The notes: generated by a model not told the origin, from the letters alone. A stretch of 62,982 bases of DNA, filler included, from an uncultured Methanosarcinales archaeon (GCA_964398115.1; 7 parts of 7 records of this genome joined end to end with filler, not necessarily neighbours in it), one strand, 5' to 3'; numbered from the whole stretch's first letter, positions 39,508 to 50,083 are shown. Translations and numbers: made by a program.

Positions 39508-40935
39508 ATGCCAGATGACCTGCTGGAACTTGTTGAAAAAGAAGTCTTGCAAAATTCCAGTCCAGAGAAAATAAAAGATAAACTCACCGATGAAGGTTAC
39601 CTCGAGGCTGACATTGAAAGTGCTATTAATGAGATAACTAAAAAACACGGTGATAAGAGAAAATCCGAAACGGATAAACTTGTAAAAACTTTCAGTATTA
39701 AAGAAATCTTCGACCGCATAGGATACGGATTTGTACCGCACCAATTCATAAACATACTATTCTACTTAACAGGAGCGAACTTTTTCTGGCTAGGAGTTGT
39801 AAACGGAGCAAAAAGCATACTATCAATCCTAGTAAGTTCGATATTTCAGGAACTCTCTAAAGTTAAAGAACTAGGTAAGAGTTTCATAAGCTGGTCCGGT
39901 TATCTATTCGGATTTAGCTTCTTCGGAATGGCATTGGGAACCCTAATTCAATCACCTCTTCTATTCGCAATCTCTCTCTTCATAGGAGGGGCTGGAGTTG
40001 TAACACACGGTGATCTCTACAGAAACTTCGTTCAAAGACATTTAAAGAAAGAAAAGATGAGCAAGTTTTTAGCGAAAATTGGGAATTACGGTTTGCTAAT
40101 AACTGCGGTGTGTATGGTAATAAGCGGATGGTTAATGGAAGAATTCCCATGGACAGGAGGAGAAACAGTTACTTTATTCGGGAACACTTATCCGATGATG
40201 GGATACTTGATTTCTTTTGAAATAACGGCCATAATGTTCATACTCTCCGGCTATATGATTTCTAGAATCAAGAAAAATACTGAAACCCAAGAAAAAGTAA
40301 AAGGATTTGCAAAAGATTACTGGAATAAAATTAAAGTTTATTTGAAGACTTTCCTAACCAACAAGCACTTATTCCTTCTAATCGCAGCTTCCATACTTCT
40401 CGGATTCACACAAATTTTAGGAAATAGCTACTTCGGACTTTTCATATATCAAGAATTCACCAACATAGCTTTTGGTGGCTTCCTTAATGTGGGAATTATA
40501 TTTGCTATTGCAGTAGTAGCTTCCCTAGTTGCACCAACTTTCAGCAGATGGTTTAATGAACATACAGGCTTGGCACCCACCCTCGTATTCGGTACTTTAC
40601 TCTCTGCTCTTATGCCATTAGCACTTGCTTACAATCCGAACTTGGTAGCGATAGGAATCGCAAACGCGTTGTCCGTGATCGGCGCTTCCATCCTTGGAGT
40701 GAGTCAAGGAATGCTAGCTAGGAAGTTATTGCATGACGATGAAAGAGAAGTTTACTTCAACATTTCCAGCCTGGCAGGAGTCATCCCCTTCGCAATAATG
40801 ATACCATTAGGTAGTTATTATGCTCAACTACAAGGACTTACAGCACTATTCAAAGTACTCGCGTTTCTCCTTATAATAGTGGTTGCTCCTCTCTACATCG
40901 CGTTGGTGTGGATGGGAAGGAAGAACAGATTGTAA
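39508..40935 (+). CDS. MFS-like transporter with small N-terminal helical domain
   Basis: About 12 TM segments; N-terminal IKDKLTDEGYLEADIESA. Confidence 0.75.
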   Translation: MPDDLLELVEKEVLQNSSPEKIKDKLTDEGYLEADIESAINEITKKHGDKRKSETDKLVKTFSIKEIFDRIGYGFVPHQFINILFYLTGANFFWLGVVNGAKSILSILVSSIFQELSKVKELGKSFISWSGYLFGFSFFGMALGTLIQSPLLFAISLFIGGAGVVTHGDLYRNFVQRHLKKEKMSKFLAKIGNYGLLITAVCMVISGWLMEEFPWTGGETVTLFGNTYPMMGYLISFEITAIMFILSGYMISRIKKNTETQEKVKGFAKDYWNKIKVYLKTFLTNKHLFLLIAASILLGFTQILGNSYFGLFIYQEFTNIAFGGFLNVGIIFAIAVVASLVAPTFSRWFNEHTGLAPTLVFGTLLSALMPLALAYNPNLVAIGIANALSVIGASILGVSQGMLARKLLHDDEREVYFNISSLAGVIPFAIMIPLGSYYAQLQGLTALFKVLAFLLIIVVAPLYIALVWMGRKNRL

Positions 40936-41054
40936 AAGTTTATAAATTAAATTCNNNNNNNNNNNNNNNNNNNNNNNNNNNNNNNNNNNNNNNNNNNNTT
41001 AATTAATTAANNNNNNNNNNNNNNNNNNNNNNNNNNNNNNNNNNNNNNNNNNNN

Positions 41055-42157
41055 CGGCGCATGCTTGCGACGTTTTCACCACTGTCTCTGAAATAACAGC
41101 TATGGAAGCTGAAAAAATACTTGACCGAGAAGTAGACGTGGTGTTAAACAACGGAATCACGGTGGAGAAGTTCCCAACAATTGAAGACACTACTATGATG
41201 CATGTGAAAAATAGAGAGAAAATTAGAGAATTCCTAAGTTATTACTTCTTCCCCCACTATGATTTTGAACTTAAACATAACCTCATATATTTCCTTGTAG
41301 GAAGATACGAATATAAGAATAAAGGAATGGATATATTAGTAGAAGCACTTTCTAAACTTAACGAAGAACTTAAAGAAGAAGATTCAAAACGAACTATCAC
41401 AATGTTCTTCTGGGTGCCCATGGACCACAATGGGATAAGAGAAGAAATATTAGACAATCGGCACTATTACAATCATATCAAAAATACTTTGGAAAGTAAC
41501 AGTGATGAAATGATTAAAAACTTGTTGTACGACTTGATTTGTCAAAAGTGCTCTATGGAAGAAAGTATCTTCACCAACGAATTCATTGAAGAACTGAAAA
41601 AAGACGTGAGTCAGTTTAAGAGAGAAGGAAACCCTCCAATTACGACGCATGAAATACCTGATTATGAAGAAAATGATTTAGTCCAGGACTTGATAGATGC
41701 CGGATTGACTAATGAAGAAGAGGAAAAGGTTAAAGTCATAGTATACCCGGTATATTTGGATGGCAACGACTTATTGTTAGACCTTCCGTATTATGAAGCC
41801 CTTTCAGCTGGACACTTAGGTATTTTCCCAAGTTATTACGAGCCGTGGGGTTACACACCCGTAGAGAGTATGAGTTTAGGAGTTCCCGCTGTCACTACAG
41901 ACCTAGCTGGTTTCGGCAGGTTTATAAAACCAAACGTGCTCGATGAAAACCCTGGAATTTTCGTGTTAGAAAGGTTTGGAAAATCAGAAGAAGAATCTGT
42001 AGACGGATTATTCAACATCTTATCTAAGTTCGCTCATTACGATCATGCTGAAAGAGTGCAGAATAAGATAAACGCTAAACAAATGTCTATCCTGACAGAC
42101 TGGAAACACTTCGTCAAGAACTACATACAAGCTCACAACCAAGCTTTGGAAACTTAG
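41055..42157 (+). CDS. Glycogen synthase, GT3 family (5' partial)
   Basis: VFTTVSEITAMEA, GRYEYKNKG.D, HLGIFPSYYEPWGYTP.E, TTDLAGFG. Confidence 0.9.
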
Positions 42158-42363
42158 AACTTATTTTCTTGAGAAAGTCCTGAAACCGCGTCTTTTAAAC
42201 TTTCTAAATGATTATCGAAGTCTTTCTTCATTTCAGAATACATTTCTTCACATAAAGGATGATTCTTGTTATGAGCGTCTGCAGGTGCGTACTTGTCAAG
42301 ATACCAATTTATCTCGTTCAACATACGCAACAACTTAACTTTGGTATAATTGCAATCATCCAT
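42154..42363 (-). CDS. Small ferritin-like helical protein, paralog 2
   Basis: MDDCNYTKVKLL...WY..KYA..DA..HP.C.EMY.E. Confidence 0.6.
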   Translation of the reverse strand: MDDCNYTKVKLLRMLNEINWYLDKYAPADAHNKNHPLCEEMYSEMKKDFDNHLESLKDAVSGLSQENKF

Positions 42364-42364
42364 T

Positions 42365-42577
42365 TTAGAGATTTCCTTCTTGAGCAACTCCAGCGATAGC
42401 GTCTTTCAACTTCGCCATGTGCTTTTCACAATCTTGTCTTATTTCCTCGTACATTTCTTGACAAGCAGGATGTCCTGTTTCTTCCGCGTCCTGCTGGGCG
42501 TGTTTTTCACAATACCAAGCTATCTGACTTAGTTTGTGAAGAAGTTTAATCTTGGTATAATTACAGTTGTCTAACAT
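42365..42577 (-). CDS. Small ferritin-like helical protein, paralog 1
   Basis: MLDNCNYTKIKLL...WY..KHA..DA..HP.C.EMY.E; GAGGTGG SD. Confidence 0.6.
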   Translation of the reverse strand: MLDNCNYTKIKLLHKLSQIAWYCEKHAQQDAEETGHPACQEMYEEIRQDCEKHMAKLKDAIAGVAQEGNL

Positions 42578-42638
42578 AAACCAACCACCTCTTCTACGCT
42601 TATTTACGTTAAATCAAGTATAAAAGGGTTTCGGCTTT

Positions 42639-43709
42639 TCAGAAACTCTCTTTTAATTTATCTATGATTTCAAACGGGTCGCTGCTTACGACACTGCTAT
42701 CTGCAAATAATTCCATCGCGCCGATGTCACCTGTTTTTTCCGATAAAGAACCTCTGTCTATAATCCTAGCTATTACAGGGAAAGACTCCCAACCCTTTTG
42801 AGGAACTAAAGGAGGCATTCCAATGGCTACTGTAAAACTATGAACACCGAAGTCATCCCGCAAGCACGCGAGAGAGTTGTAAAGGCTGTCAGCAAAAGAC
42901 TTATTTGCACTTTCAGAAACTAGCAAGATTTCTTTTTCTTTTTTAGGTGTGAGATGAGCCATGACTTTCACACCGTTTTTTTCAAATCCTAAATTCAAGC
43001 TTTCATGTATTTGGTATAAATCTTGGAAATAAGTAGTCCCGTAGTTAGTTATGTAATCTTGTCTGACATGATTTAATCTTTCAAAGTATGGATAATGGGA
43101 ATCGCTTGTTAACGTAAGTTGCATGTGTCCGTGTATGATACTTGCCGCGCTTTTCCAAAGGCAATGCCAGAAGACATATGGAAAAACAGCATCTGAATCT
43201 TCTTCATGACTTTTCTCTAACCACTTATTAGCGGTTTGGATGTAATCTCGGACATGTTCCAGATCAAAATCAAGAGGGTCGTGATTATCGGAAATAATCA
43301 ACCCGTGATGATGATCATATTTCGCTACGTTACTGGCAGTAACGCAATGATCTCCTTCAATTCTTCCGAAACTATCTTCCGGAGTCATCTCCTTTGCATT
43401 ACAGAAGGGGCCGCCTTGACTATCTTCAATTTCACTTTTTAGATCACTGTCAGACTTGACTTTAGGACGCATGCTTCGTAATTGGTTGAACATGGAAGCT
43501 TCCTGAGTTAATTTATTGTTAACCCGAACTATCTTTTGATTTTCTACATCTTCTACTGGCCCAAAAGTGTCTTTCACCCAATCTTTCATCTCATCAGGTA
43601 TTTTCAACTTACCCTCATTTACTGAAACGCTGTAGAAACGATGGAATAATTCTTTTTGTGAATCTTCTAACTCAGAAACTGTTTGGTTTAATTCAAGTAT
43701 TGAGGACAT
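42639..43709 (-). CDS. GalT/HIT-superfamily sugar-phosphate nucleotidyltransferase
   Basis: RP, GPFC, SNVAKY, AASIIHGHMQ (HxHxQ). Confidence 0.75.
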   Translation of the reverse strand: MSSILELNQTVSELEDSQKELFHRFYSVSVNEGKLKIPDEMKDWVKDTFGPVEDVENQKIVRVNNKLTQEASMFNQLRSMRPKVKSDSDLKSEIEDSQGGPFCNAKEMTPEDSFGRIEGDHCVTASNVAKYDHHHGLIISDNHDPLDFDLEHVRDYIQTANKWLEKSHEEDSDAVFPYVFWHCLWKSAASIIHGHMQLTLTSDSHYPYFERLNHVRQDYITNYGTTYFQDLYQIHESLNLGFEKNGVKVMAHLTPKKEKEILLVSESANKSFADSLYNSLACLRDDFGVHSFTVAIGMPPLVPQKGWESFPVIARIIDRGSLSEKTGDIGAMELFADSSVVSSDPFEIIDKLKESF

Positions 43710-43809
43710 GTGTATGTTAGTGTAATTACTATCCCTATTTAATACTTTTTGAATATTTTACGCTTTTATCAGAGTTATTTATATAAGGTATGAAAACTTC
43801 CTAACCTGT

Positions 43810-45006
43810 ATGAGTATAAGAACTATTGAAACTAGACTGGTTGAACTACCGGTATTACGAACGCAAGAAGAATCATCTGCCAGTGTTAAAGACTTGATTG
43901 AATCTAATTCAAGATTGTATAATTACGCTCAAAGATCTGCTAGGCCTACTCTTGAAGATTATGTTTGGAGACCGTTCCGAAATAATTTGAAGAATCAGGC
44001 TTTACAACAAGCTTTGCAAAGTCAAGGACTAGGATTTGACGACACGGTAGAAGATGATTATACATTCGTCAGAGATGTGGAACCTTTCACGTTTGAAGTT
44101 GAAGTTTCGCCTTCTCCACGAGTTTCTTATGAAACGGTTACTTCTCGATTTCGCACTTGGCTTTCTAATATAGTTCGGGAGAAAGCTGAAGGTATAAAAA
44201 GAGATGAAGTTCGTACCATCGAGGGAATGCCTTATCCATCTGTGGATTATTTAATTCAACGTTTACAAAGCCTGAAGGAAGACAACACTACTTTACATAA
44301 TAGTCGTAGACTTTCAGTTTTGGATCAAGATGATGAAAGGTATCCTTTGGATGAAAGCATAGAAAGAATGAAAGTTGAGTTAGACCGGGAGAGGCATAGT
44401 GTATTAAACAAGGTAGGGGCAGAAGCTTATCAAGATGCTAGGAGTTTGCGTAAGAGAATAAGAGATTTTGAGAAAGCTGTTGAACGATGGGGTATGGACT
44501 TGCATGGTATAAAACCAGATGGTACGTTGGATGAAAACGTGGAAAGAATGTACGAGATGAGCAACGGAGCTTTTGTAAGATTTTTATTTTCTTCGAAAAC
44601 TTCTGTAAGGTATGGAGGTATATTCAAAGGATTAATGGAAGATAAGGAAAAGCATAAGCGAGAAGGTAAAGTTTCGAGAAGTACTGGTGATTTGTTAATT
44701 TTACAAAGACAAAGTTTTGAAGATTTCAGACGTAAATGGGGTCAGTACGGTTTAGATGTAAAAACTGAACTGAAGAGAGAAGGAGGACGGCAAGCCATAG
44801 TCAGTATTAAGAGGTTTAAAGAAGTTGATGATAGAAGAAGTGTTGAAGACAGTTTTGATTATAACTTGTATAGACTGGATGATCGAGTATTTGTTAACAG
44901 CAAGGATGTTCTCGAAAGATATCAAGAGTTGAAAGAGCAAAACACTACGAGGAATAAACCCGAGTTCCAATTATCTTTTTTCCCAGAGAAACCTGAGAAC
45001 CTTTAG
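43810..45006 (+). CDS. Hypothetical protein
   Basis: 398-aa ORF, TATA-like TTTATATAA upstream. Confidence 0.7.
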   Translation: MSIRTIETRLVELPVLRTQEESSASVKDLIESNSRLYNYAQRSARPTLEDYVWRPFRNNLKNQALQQALQSQGLGFDDTVEDDYTFVRDVEPFTFEVEVSPSPRVSYETVTSRFRTWLSNIVREKAEGIKRDEVRTIEGMPYPSVDYLIQRLQSLKEDNTTLHNSRRLSVLDQDDERYPLDESIERMKVELDRERHSVLNKVGAEAYQDARSLRKRIRDFEKAVERWGMDLHGIKPDGTLDENVERMYEMSNGAFVRFLFSSKTSVRYGGIFKGLMEDKEKHKREGKVSRSTGDLLILQRQSFEDFRRKWGQYGLDVKTELKREGGRQAIVSIKRFKEVDDRRSVEDSFDYNLYRLDDRVFVNSKDVLERYQELKEQNTTRNKPEFQLSFFPEKPENL

Positions 45007-45071
45007 TTATTAAACAATAACCTTTATATATACTTATCACCCCTTCTTTTTCGTTAAGGGGTGAAGGTATT

Positions 45072-46070
45072 TTGCAAGTTATAATTCCAGTTGCGGGTAA
45101 AGGAACACGTATGAGACCTCATACGCATACTACTCCGAAGCCGTTGCTTCACGTAGCAGGTAAGCCAGTTATTGATTACATATTAGATGATTTGGAAGAA
45201 TTAGACTTTGTTTCTTCAATCGTTTTCATCACAGGTCATTTAGGAGATAAATTTAAGGAGCACGTGACGGAAAATTATGATTTTGAAATGCATTTTGCTG
45301 AGCAAAAAACTTTAGATGGTAGTTCTGGCGCTGTGAAACTAGCAGAGCCGTTTATTGAAGAAGATGTTCTCGTAATATTTGCCGATACAATTTTCGATGT
45401 TGATCTTTCTGATATTGAAGACTGTGAAGTTGATGGAATGATTTGGGGTAAGAAAGTTGAGGATTATCAACGATTTGGTATTATGATAAAAGATGACGAA
45501 GGATTTTTGAAGGATTTGAAAGAAAAACCAGACAAGCCTTATACGAGATTAGCGAATATTGGGATGTATTATGTGAAAGATTACGAGATGATGTATGACT
45601 GCATTCATGAACAGTACGAAAAAGATATGAAGAGTAAAGGAGAATACAACTTTCCTGAAGTGCTAGGGATGATGGCACAAAGAGGGAAGAAGTTTGAAAT
45701 AGCTAAGGTGCAAGGATGGTATGATGCGGGAAAGCCAAAAACAGTTCTTTCAAGTCAACGAGAATTGCTTAAAGAAAGGCACAGCGTAGGACATAGTAAA
45801 AATAGTAATATTAACAAGCCCGTTTATATAGAAGATGGTGCTCAAGTAAGAAACTCTGTTATAGGACCAAACGTTAGTGTTGCTGAAGGCGCCTTGGTAG
45901 AGAATTGTGTTATTGAAGACTCTGTAATTGGTAGCGATGCAGAAGTTAAAGACTGTAGGCTTTCAAGAAGTCTTATTGGAGATCATGCTTTGGTCGAAGG
46001 GGTGAGCGGCCAAGTTAATATAAGCGATCACTCCGAGGTAGTCGTCGGAGACTATGAGAATAATTCATAG
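45072..46070 (+). CDS. Sugar-phosphate nucleotidyltransferase with left-handed beta-helix C-terminus
   Basis: PVAGKGTRMRPHT..PKPLL; WYDAG; hexapeptide repeats. Confidence 0.9.
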   Translation: MQVIIPVAGKGTRMRPHTHTTPKPLLHVAGKPVIDYILDDLEELDFVSSIVFITGHLGDKFKEHVTENYDFEMHFAEQKTLDGSSGAVKLAEPFIEEDVLVIFADTIFDVDLSDIEDCEVDGMIWGKKVEDYQRFGIMIKDDEGFLKDLKEKPDKPYTRLANIGMYYVKDYEMMYDCIHEQYEKDMKSKGEYNFPEVLGMMAQRGKKFEIAKVQGWYDAGKPKTVLSSQRELLKERHSVGHSKNSNINKPVYIEDGAQVRNSVIGPNVSVAEGALVENCVIEDSVIGSDAEVKDCRLSRSLIGDHALVEGVSGQVNISDHSEVVVGDYENNS

Positions 46071-47880
46071 CGGAGAAAAAGAAGGTGAGGGCAAGGGTTC
46101 AATCCTGTTAAGTGATAGAAGCGGAGGTTACCTCTGGCTTCCGAACGAAGATGTTAATAGAAGTAATTATCAAGGATGGTACACATTTGATTATGAAAAC
46201 TGGAGTTTATACAAAACGATAGAAAACATTTACATAGAAGATAAGGAAGTTAACACAGTTCATAATAAATTTTCTCACGTAGATCGAGATTCCGGTCCTG
46301 TAACAGAAAGGTTCTACTTAGATGAAAAAGCGCTTTTGTACGAGACTCACAATTACGATGGATTTGTAAGCGTAGATTTTGATTTTAGACACGTTTACGA
46401 TTTCGACAAGGATGGACGCATTTATGAAATAAAACCTCGCGAAGGAGGTTTGTTGATAGTGCGTTATAAAAAGTACAGTGATCGAGCTTTGCAAGAATTA
46501 GAACATGAAAGGTATATGGCTATTAAGAATGTGAAGGATTATTGGATGAGTGGAGACTGGCAGCCACGATGCTATGATTATGATAAAGAAAGGAATTCGA
46601 AATGTGAATTTTTCATCTATGGAACTCTTAAATTGAAGGTGAGTGGTGATGATAAACTCGTTTTCGCCACAGGTAAAAGTGAAGAAGAAGCGGTAGAAAA
46701 GACTAACTCGGTCTGGCACAATAGTCAAAGATTCAAGGACGACTTGGATAGGAAATCAGAGAGGGAGGTGTGGAGTGACGACGCCGTTTTCAACACTGCT
46801 TCAAACTCGTTGTATTCATTACTAGTTGATTTGGAAAATGATGAAAGAGGGTCGGGAATCTTCGCTGGTTATCCATGGTTTTTCCAATTCTGGAGGAGAG
46901 ACGAACTTATATCATTGAAGGGTTTAATGCTCTTACATGAAGACGTTAAAGTAAAGAAACTTTTAATGAACCACCTTCACCGCATTAGAGAGGATGGTTG
47001 GTTTGACAATCGAAACGTAGAAAGTGATTTGGAAAGTGCGGATGCCACAGGATGGCTATTCACGAGATTCCATGACTTTATGAAAAGATTGGAAAACAAA
47101 GAAGGAGTTTATGATATGTTCATGAAGGAAGAACTTCACAAAATCATGAACCGATTAGATGAAGTCATTAATGCTACAAGAGAGTATCATGAAAACAACG
47201 GCTTTATAGTGAATGATAAGTTAGAAACTTGGATGGACACCTTCGTCGATGAAGACTTCAGAGAAGGTGCTAGGATTGAAATTCAAGCATTGCAACTGAG
47301 GATGTACGAGTTTGCCAAGTACTTGGCTGAAATGCTGGGTGAAGATGGTGAACGGTATGAAGGAATGATTGAAGAGCTTGCAAACAAAGTTCGTGAAAAC
47401 TTCTTCGATGGTGAGAAACTTGCTGATGGAGTAGTAGGTGGAGAAGTTGATTGGACTCAAAGACCTAATGTTTTCCTAGCTTGCTATGTGTATCCTGGAC
47501 TTTTCAGTGATGAGGAGTGGGAAAGAATATTTGATAACGCTTTAGAACATTTATGGCTTGACTGGGGAGGACTCGCTAGCATATCCAAAGATAATGAACT
47601 CTTTACTGAGGAATATACGGGTGAGACTAACGAGAGCTATCATAGAGGAGACAGTTGGTATTGGATTAATAATATTGCAGCGATGTGTATGAAGCGTTTA
47701 AACGAAGAAAAATACAAAGACAAAATCGATAAAATTACGGAAGCGAGTAAAGAAGAAATGTTGTTCCATGGTGCTCTTGGGCATTGTTCAGAAGTTAGTA
47801 GTGCGAAGAGAAGAGAAAGTAAGGGATGTGTGGCGCAGGCTTGGAGCGCTGCTACACTTCTTGAACTTTTGAACAGTTAA
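46054..47880 (+). CDS. Amylo-alpha-1,6-glucosidase (glycogen debranching enzyme, GH133-like)
   Basis: AGYPWFFQFWRRDELIS, SADATGW, TWMD, RPN, YHRGDSW, QAWS. Confidence 0.9.
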   Translation: MRIIHSGEKEGEGKGSILLSDRSGGYLWLPNEDVNRSNYQGWYTFDYENWSLYKTIENIYIEDKEVNTVHNKFSHVDRDSGPVTERFYLDEKALLYETHNYDGFVSVDFDFRHVYDFDKDGRIYEIKPREGGLLIVRYKKYSDRALQELEHERYMAIKNVKDYWMSGDWQPRCYDYDKERNSKCEFFIYGTLKLKVSGDDKLVFATGKSEEEAVEKTNSVWHNSQRFKDDLDRKSEREVWSDDAVFNTASNSLYSLLVDLENDERGSGIFAGYPWFFQFWRRDELISLKGLMLLHEDVKVKKLLMNHLHRIREDGWFDNRNVESDLESADATGWLFTRFHDFMKRLENKEGVYDMFMKEELHKIMNRLDEVINATREYHENNGFIVNDKLETWMDTFVDEDFREGARIEIQALQLRMYEFAKYLAEMLGEDGERYEGMIEELANKVRENFFDGEKLADGVVGGEVDWTQRPNVFLACYVYPGLFSDEEWERIFDNALEHLWLDWGGLASISKDNELFTEEYTGETNESYHRGDSWYWINNIAAMCMKRLNEEKYKDKIDKITEASKEEMLFHGALGHCSEVSSAKRRESKGCVAQAWSAATLLELLNS

Positions 47881-47888
47881 TTTTATCA

Positions 47889-48761
47889 ATGATTTTTTCT
47901 CTAGAAATATGTATGGGGGTTTTACCAGAAGCGTATGAAGAGTGTTTGCCTGAAAAGGATGAGATACCTAGTCCGGAGGAGCAAAAGAGGTTAGCAGAGC
48001 TAGTCGAAGAGGGTGACTTGGAGGCGAGGGAAAGATTACTATGGGCGAATATGCGTTATGTTATTGATTCTGCAAGAGAATTTAAGGCTACTAGAGGAAG
48101 CAATTTGGATTTGAAAGGTTTGGTAACTTATGGAATTGACGGTCTCGTTCTAGGTCTTAACAAAATTGAAGAAGGCAAGTATGACAGTGAAAGAGGTAAT
48201 GTGCTTAACTTTTTAGATAATTGGATTGAAAATAAGTTTTACGAATATAGGAGATCTGGTCATACGTTTCAATTTAAGTCTTTACGCCATCGTTTAAAGA
48301 GAGATGTGCAACGTGTGTCTGAGGAACTTCAAGAGAAGGGTTATAGTGAATTAACAGCTGATGAATTGGCAAGAAGGAGAATATTGCAGAATAGGAAAAG
48401 AGTAAGGCGGTCAAATTTTTAATTGTGGGAGGCTAATGAGAGTGTAGAAAGTCTTGATGATACTTTACCTGATAGCTCTACTACTTTGCGTGAAGTTAAA
48501 GGAGAAGAATATTTGGATAATGTTGTTTACGATAACATGGCAAGTGACTTTGTTCTTTCTGTAATACAGAATGGTGTTTTAACGGATAAGGAGGAAACAG
48601 TTCTTTTAAGATATTATGGCTTTGAAGGTGAAGAGGATAGTTTGCGTGATCTTGCACAATCTTTGGATATGTGTACAGAAGGGGTTAGGCAAGTTAGGTT
48701 GAGAGCTGAACGTAAGTTGAAAGAAGCTTACGGTGATGAATTAAAAACTTTCATAGGGTGA
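47889..48761 (+). pseudogene. Sigma-70-family (RpoD/SigB-like) factor interrupted by in-frame TAA at 48420-48422
   Basis: Region 1.2/2: EEQKRLA..GDLEARERLLWANMRYV..AREF, GIDGL..KYDSERG..F..WI; region 3: LTADELA, SLDD; region 4: LTDKEETVLLRYYG..SLRDLAQSL...EGVRQV...AERKLK, same frame after the stop. Confidence 0.7.
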
Positions 48762-49758
48762 ATGATTTTTCTTCTGTGTAGAATCTTAGCATGGTTATTA
48801 ATAAGCCGAGGATGAGAGGTCCGAGTATTATCCCGGAGAATCCGAATACTGATAGTCCTCCAAGTACTCCGACTATTATCACGACAGGGTGTATTTGAGC
48901 TTTTTCACTTATCAATTTCGGTTTTAAAACGTTATCGATGTTCATTATTAACACCACGCCGTAGATTAGTATTCCTATCCCTGCTACGTAATTGGCTTGT
49001 GCGATTTCTATCAAACCTGCAGGTACCCATATTAGTGGAGTTCCAATGACTGGTAGGAAGGAAACTATTATCATTATGAATCCCCAAAACACCGGGTTTG
49101 GAAGTCCAAATATTAGGAAGCCGATTCCTCCAACTGCTCCTTGTACTATTGCGGTTAAGACTTGGCCATAAAGTACGGCATGACTTACTTTATGGATGTC
49201 CTTCATTAACTTGTCTCTGTGTTTTGGTTTCAATGGTATGTGGTCTTCTATCGTTTTGTACAATTCTTTCCCATCTTTGAAACCGTAGTATATGACGAAG
49301 AATAATATGAATAATCCTAGAACTAGTTGTGGTAACGAGCTTATTATTCCAGAAGCGCTGTCAACTACGAAATTGCTTAGCCGGTTTATTAAGTCACGGG
49401 CTATTTCATTCACTTGTTCTTCAGGGATTCCAAATCCTGCAAGAAAGTCGCTTACGTTGTCTACAACTCCTCCTTGCACCATACCGATTGCTCCGCTGGC
49501 TTGACTTACCAGTGTTTTTGTGATGAAGAAACTTGGGATTATCAGGACTAAGAGTATTATTACTATCATAACTCCGGAGGCTAGTGCGTCGTTAGTTATT
49601 TTAGAATTGACGGTTTCGAAAATAGGATACATTAAGTATGTGAGGATTATTCCCATGGCGAGGTATGCAAGGAAGGGTTTTACTATTATGAAAGTTAGAT
49701 AAGATAATACAAGGACGAGGCCTATGAAGAAGTATTTGGTTAAAGTGTCTTCATCCAT
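48751..49758 (-). CDS. AI-2E family transporter
   Basis: Multi-TM; IDNVLKPKLI, IHPVVIIVGVLGG..FGFSGIILGP. Confidence 0.9.
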   Translation of the reverse strand: MDEDTLTKYFFIGLVLVLSYLTFIIVKPFLAYLAMGIILTYLMYPIFETVNSKITNDALASGVMIVIILLVLIIPSFFITKTLVSQASGAIGMVQGGVVDNVSDFLAGFGIPEEQVNEIARDLINRLSNFVVDSASGIISSLPQLVLGLFILFFVIYYGFKDGKELYKTIEDHIPLKPKHRDKLMKDIHKVSHAVLYGQVLTAIVQGAVGGIGFLIFGLPNPVFWGFIMIIVSFLPVIGTPLIWVPAGLIEIAQANYVAGIGILIYGVVLIMNIDNVLKPKLISEKAQIHPVVIIVGVLGGLSVFGFSGIILGPLILGLLITMLRFYTEEKSFTL

Positions 49759-49839
49759 TATTTAAATTATTAACGTTTTACGTTATTTAAAGTTTGCGAG
49801 AACAAAATAATTATTGTTTATATTGAAAATAAATGGGTA

Positions 49840-49850
49840 AATTATATAAA
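49840..49850 (+). promoter_or_regulatory. Archaeal TATA-like element of the tRNA gene
   Basis: AATTATATAAA about 30 nt upstream of the tRNA. Confidence 0.45.
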
Positions 49851-49877
49851 CTCAACATATCTCCTCACAAATAATAA

Positions 49878-49952
49878 GCCTCTGTAGCTCAGCCCGGCTA
49901 GAGCAGCTCCCTTGTAAGGAGCAGGTCGAGGGTTCAAATCCCTCCGGGGGCT
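49878..49952 (+). tRNA. tRNA-Thr(UGU)
   Basis: Cloverleaf: GCCTCTG/CGGGGGC acceptor stem, CTTGTAA anticodon loop, GGTTCAAATCC T arm; discriminator T; no encoded CCA. Confidence 0.95.
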
Positions 49953-50083
49953 TATTTTTCTTGACGACCAAATCAGGGGTTTCNNNNNNNNNNNNNNNNN
50001 NNNNNNNNNNNNNNNNNNNNNNNNNNNTTAATTAATTAANNNNNNNNNNNNNNNNNNNNNNNNNNNNNNNNNNNNNNNNNNNN

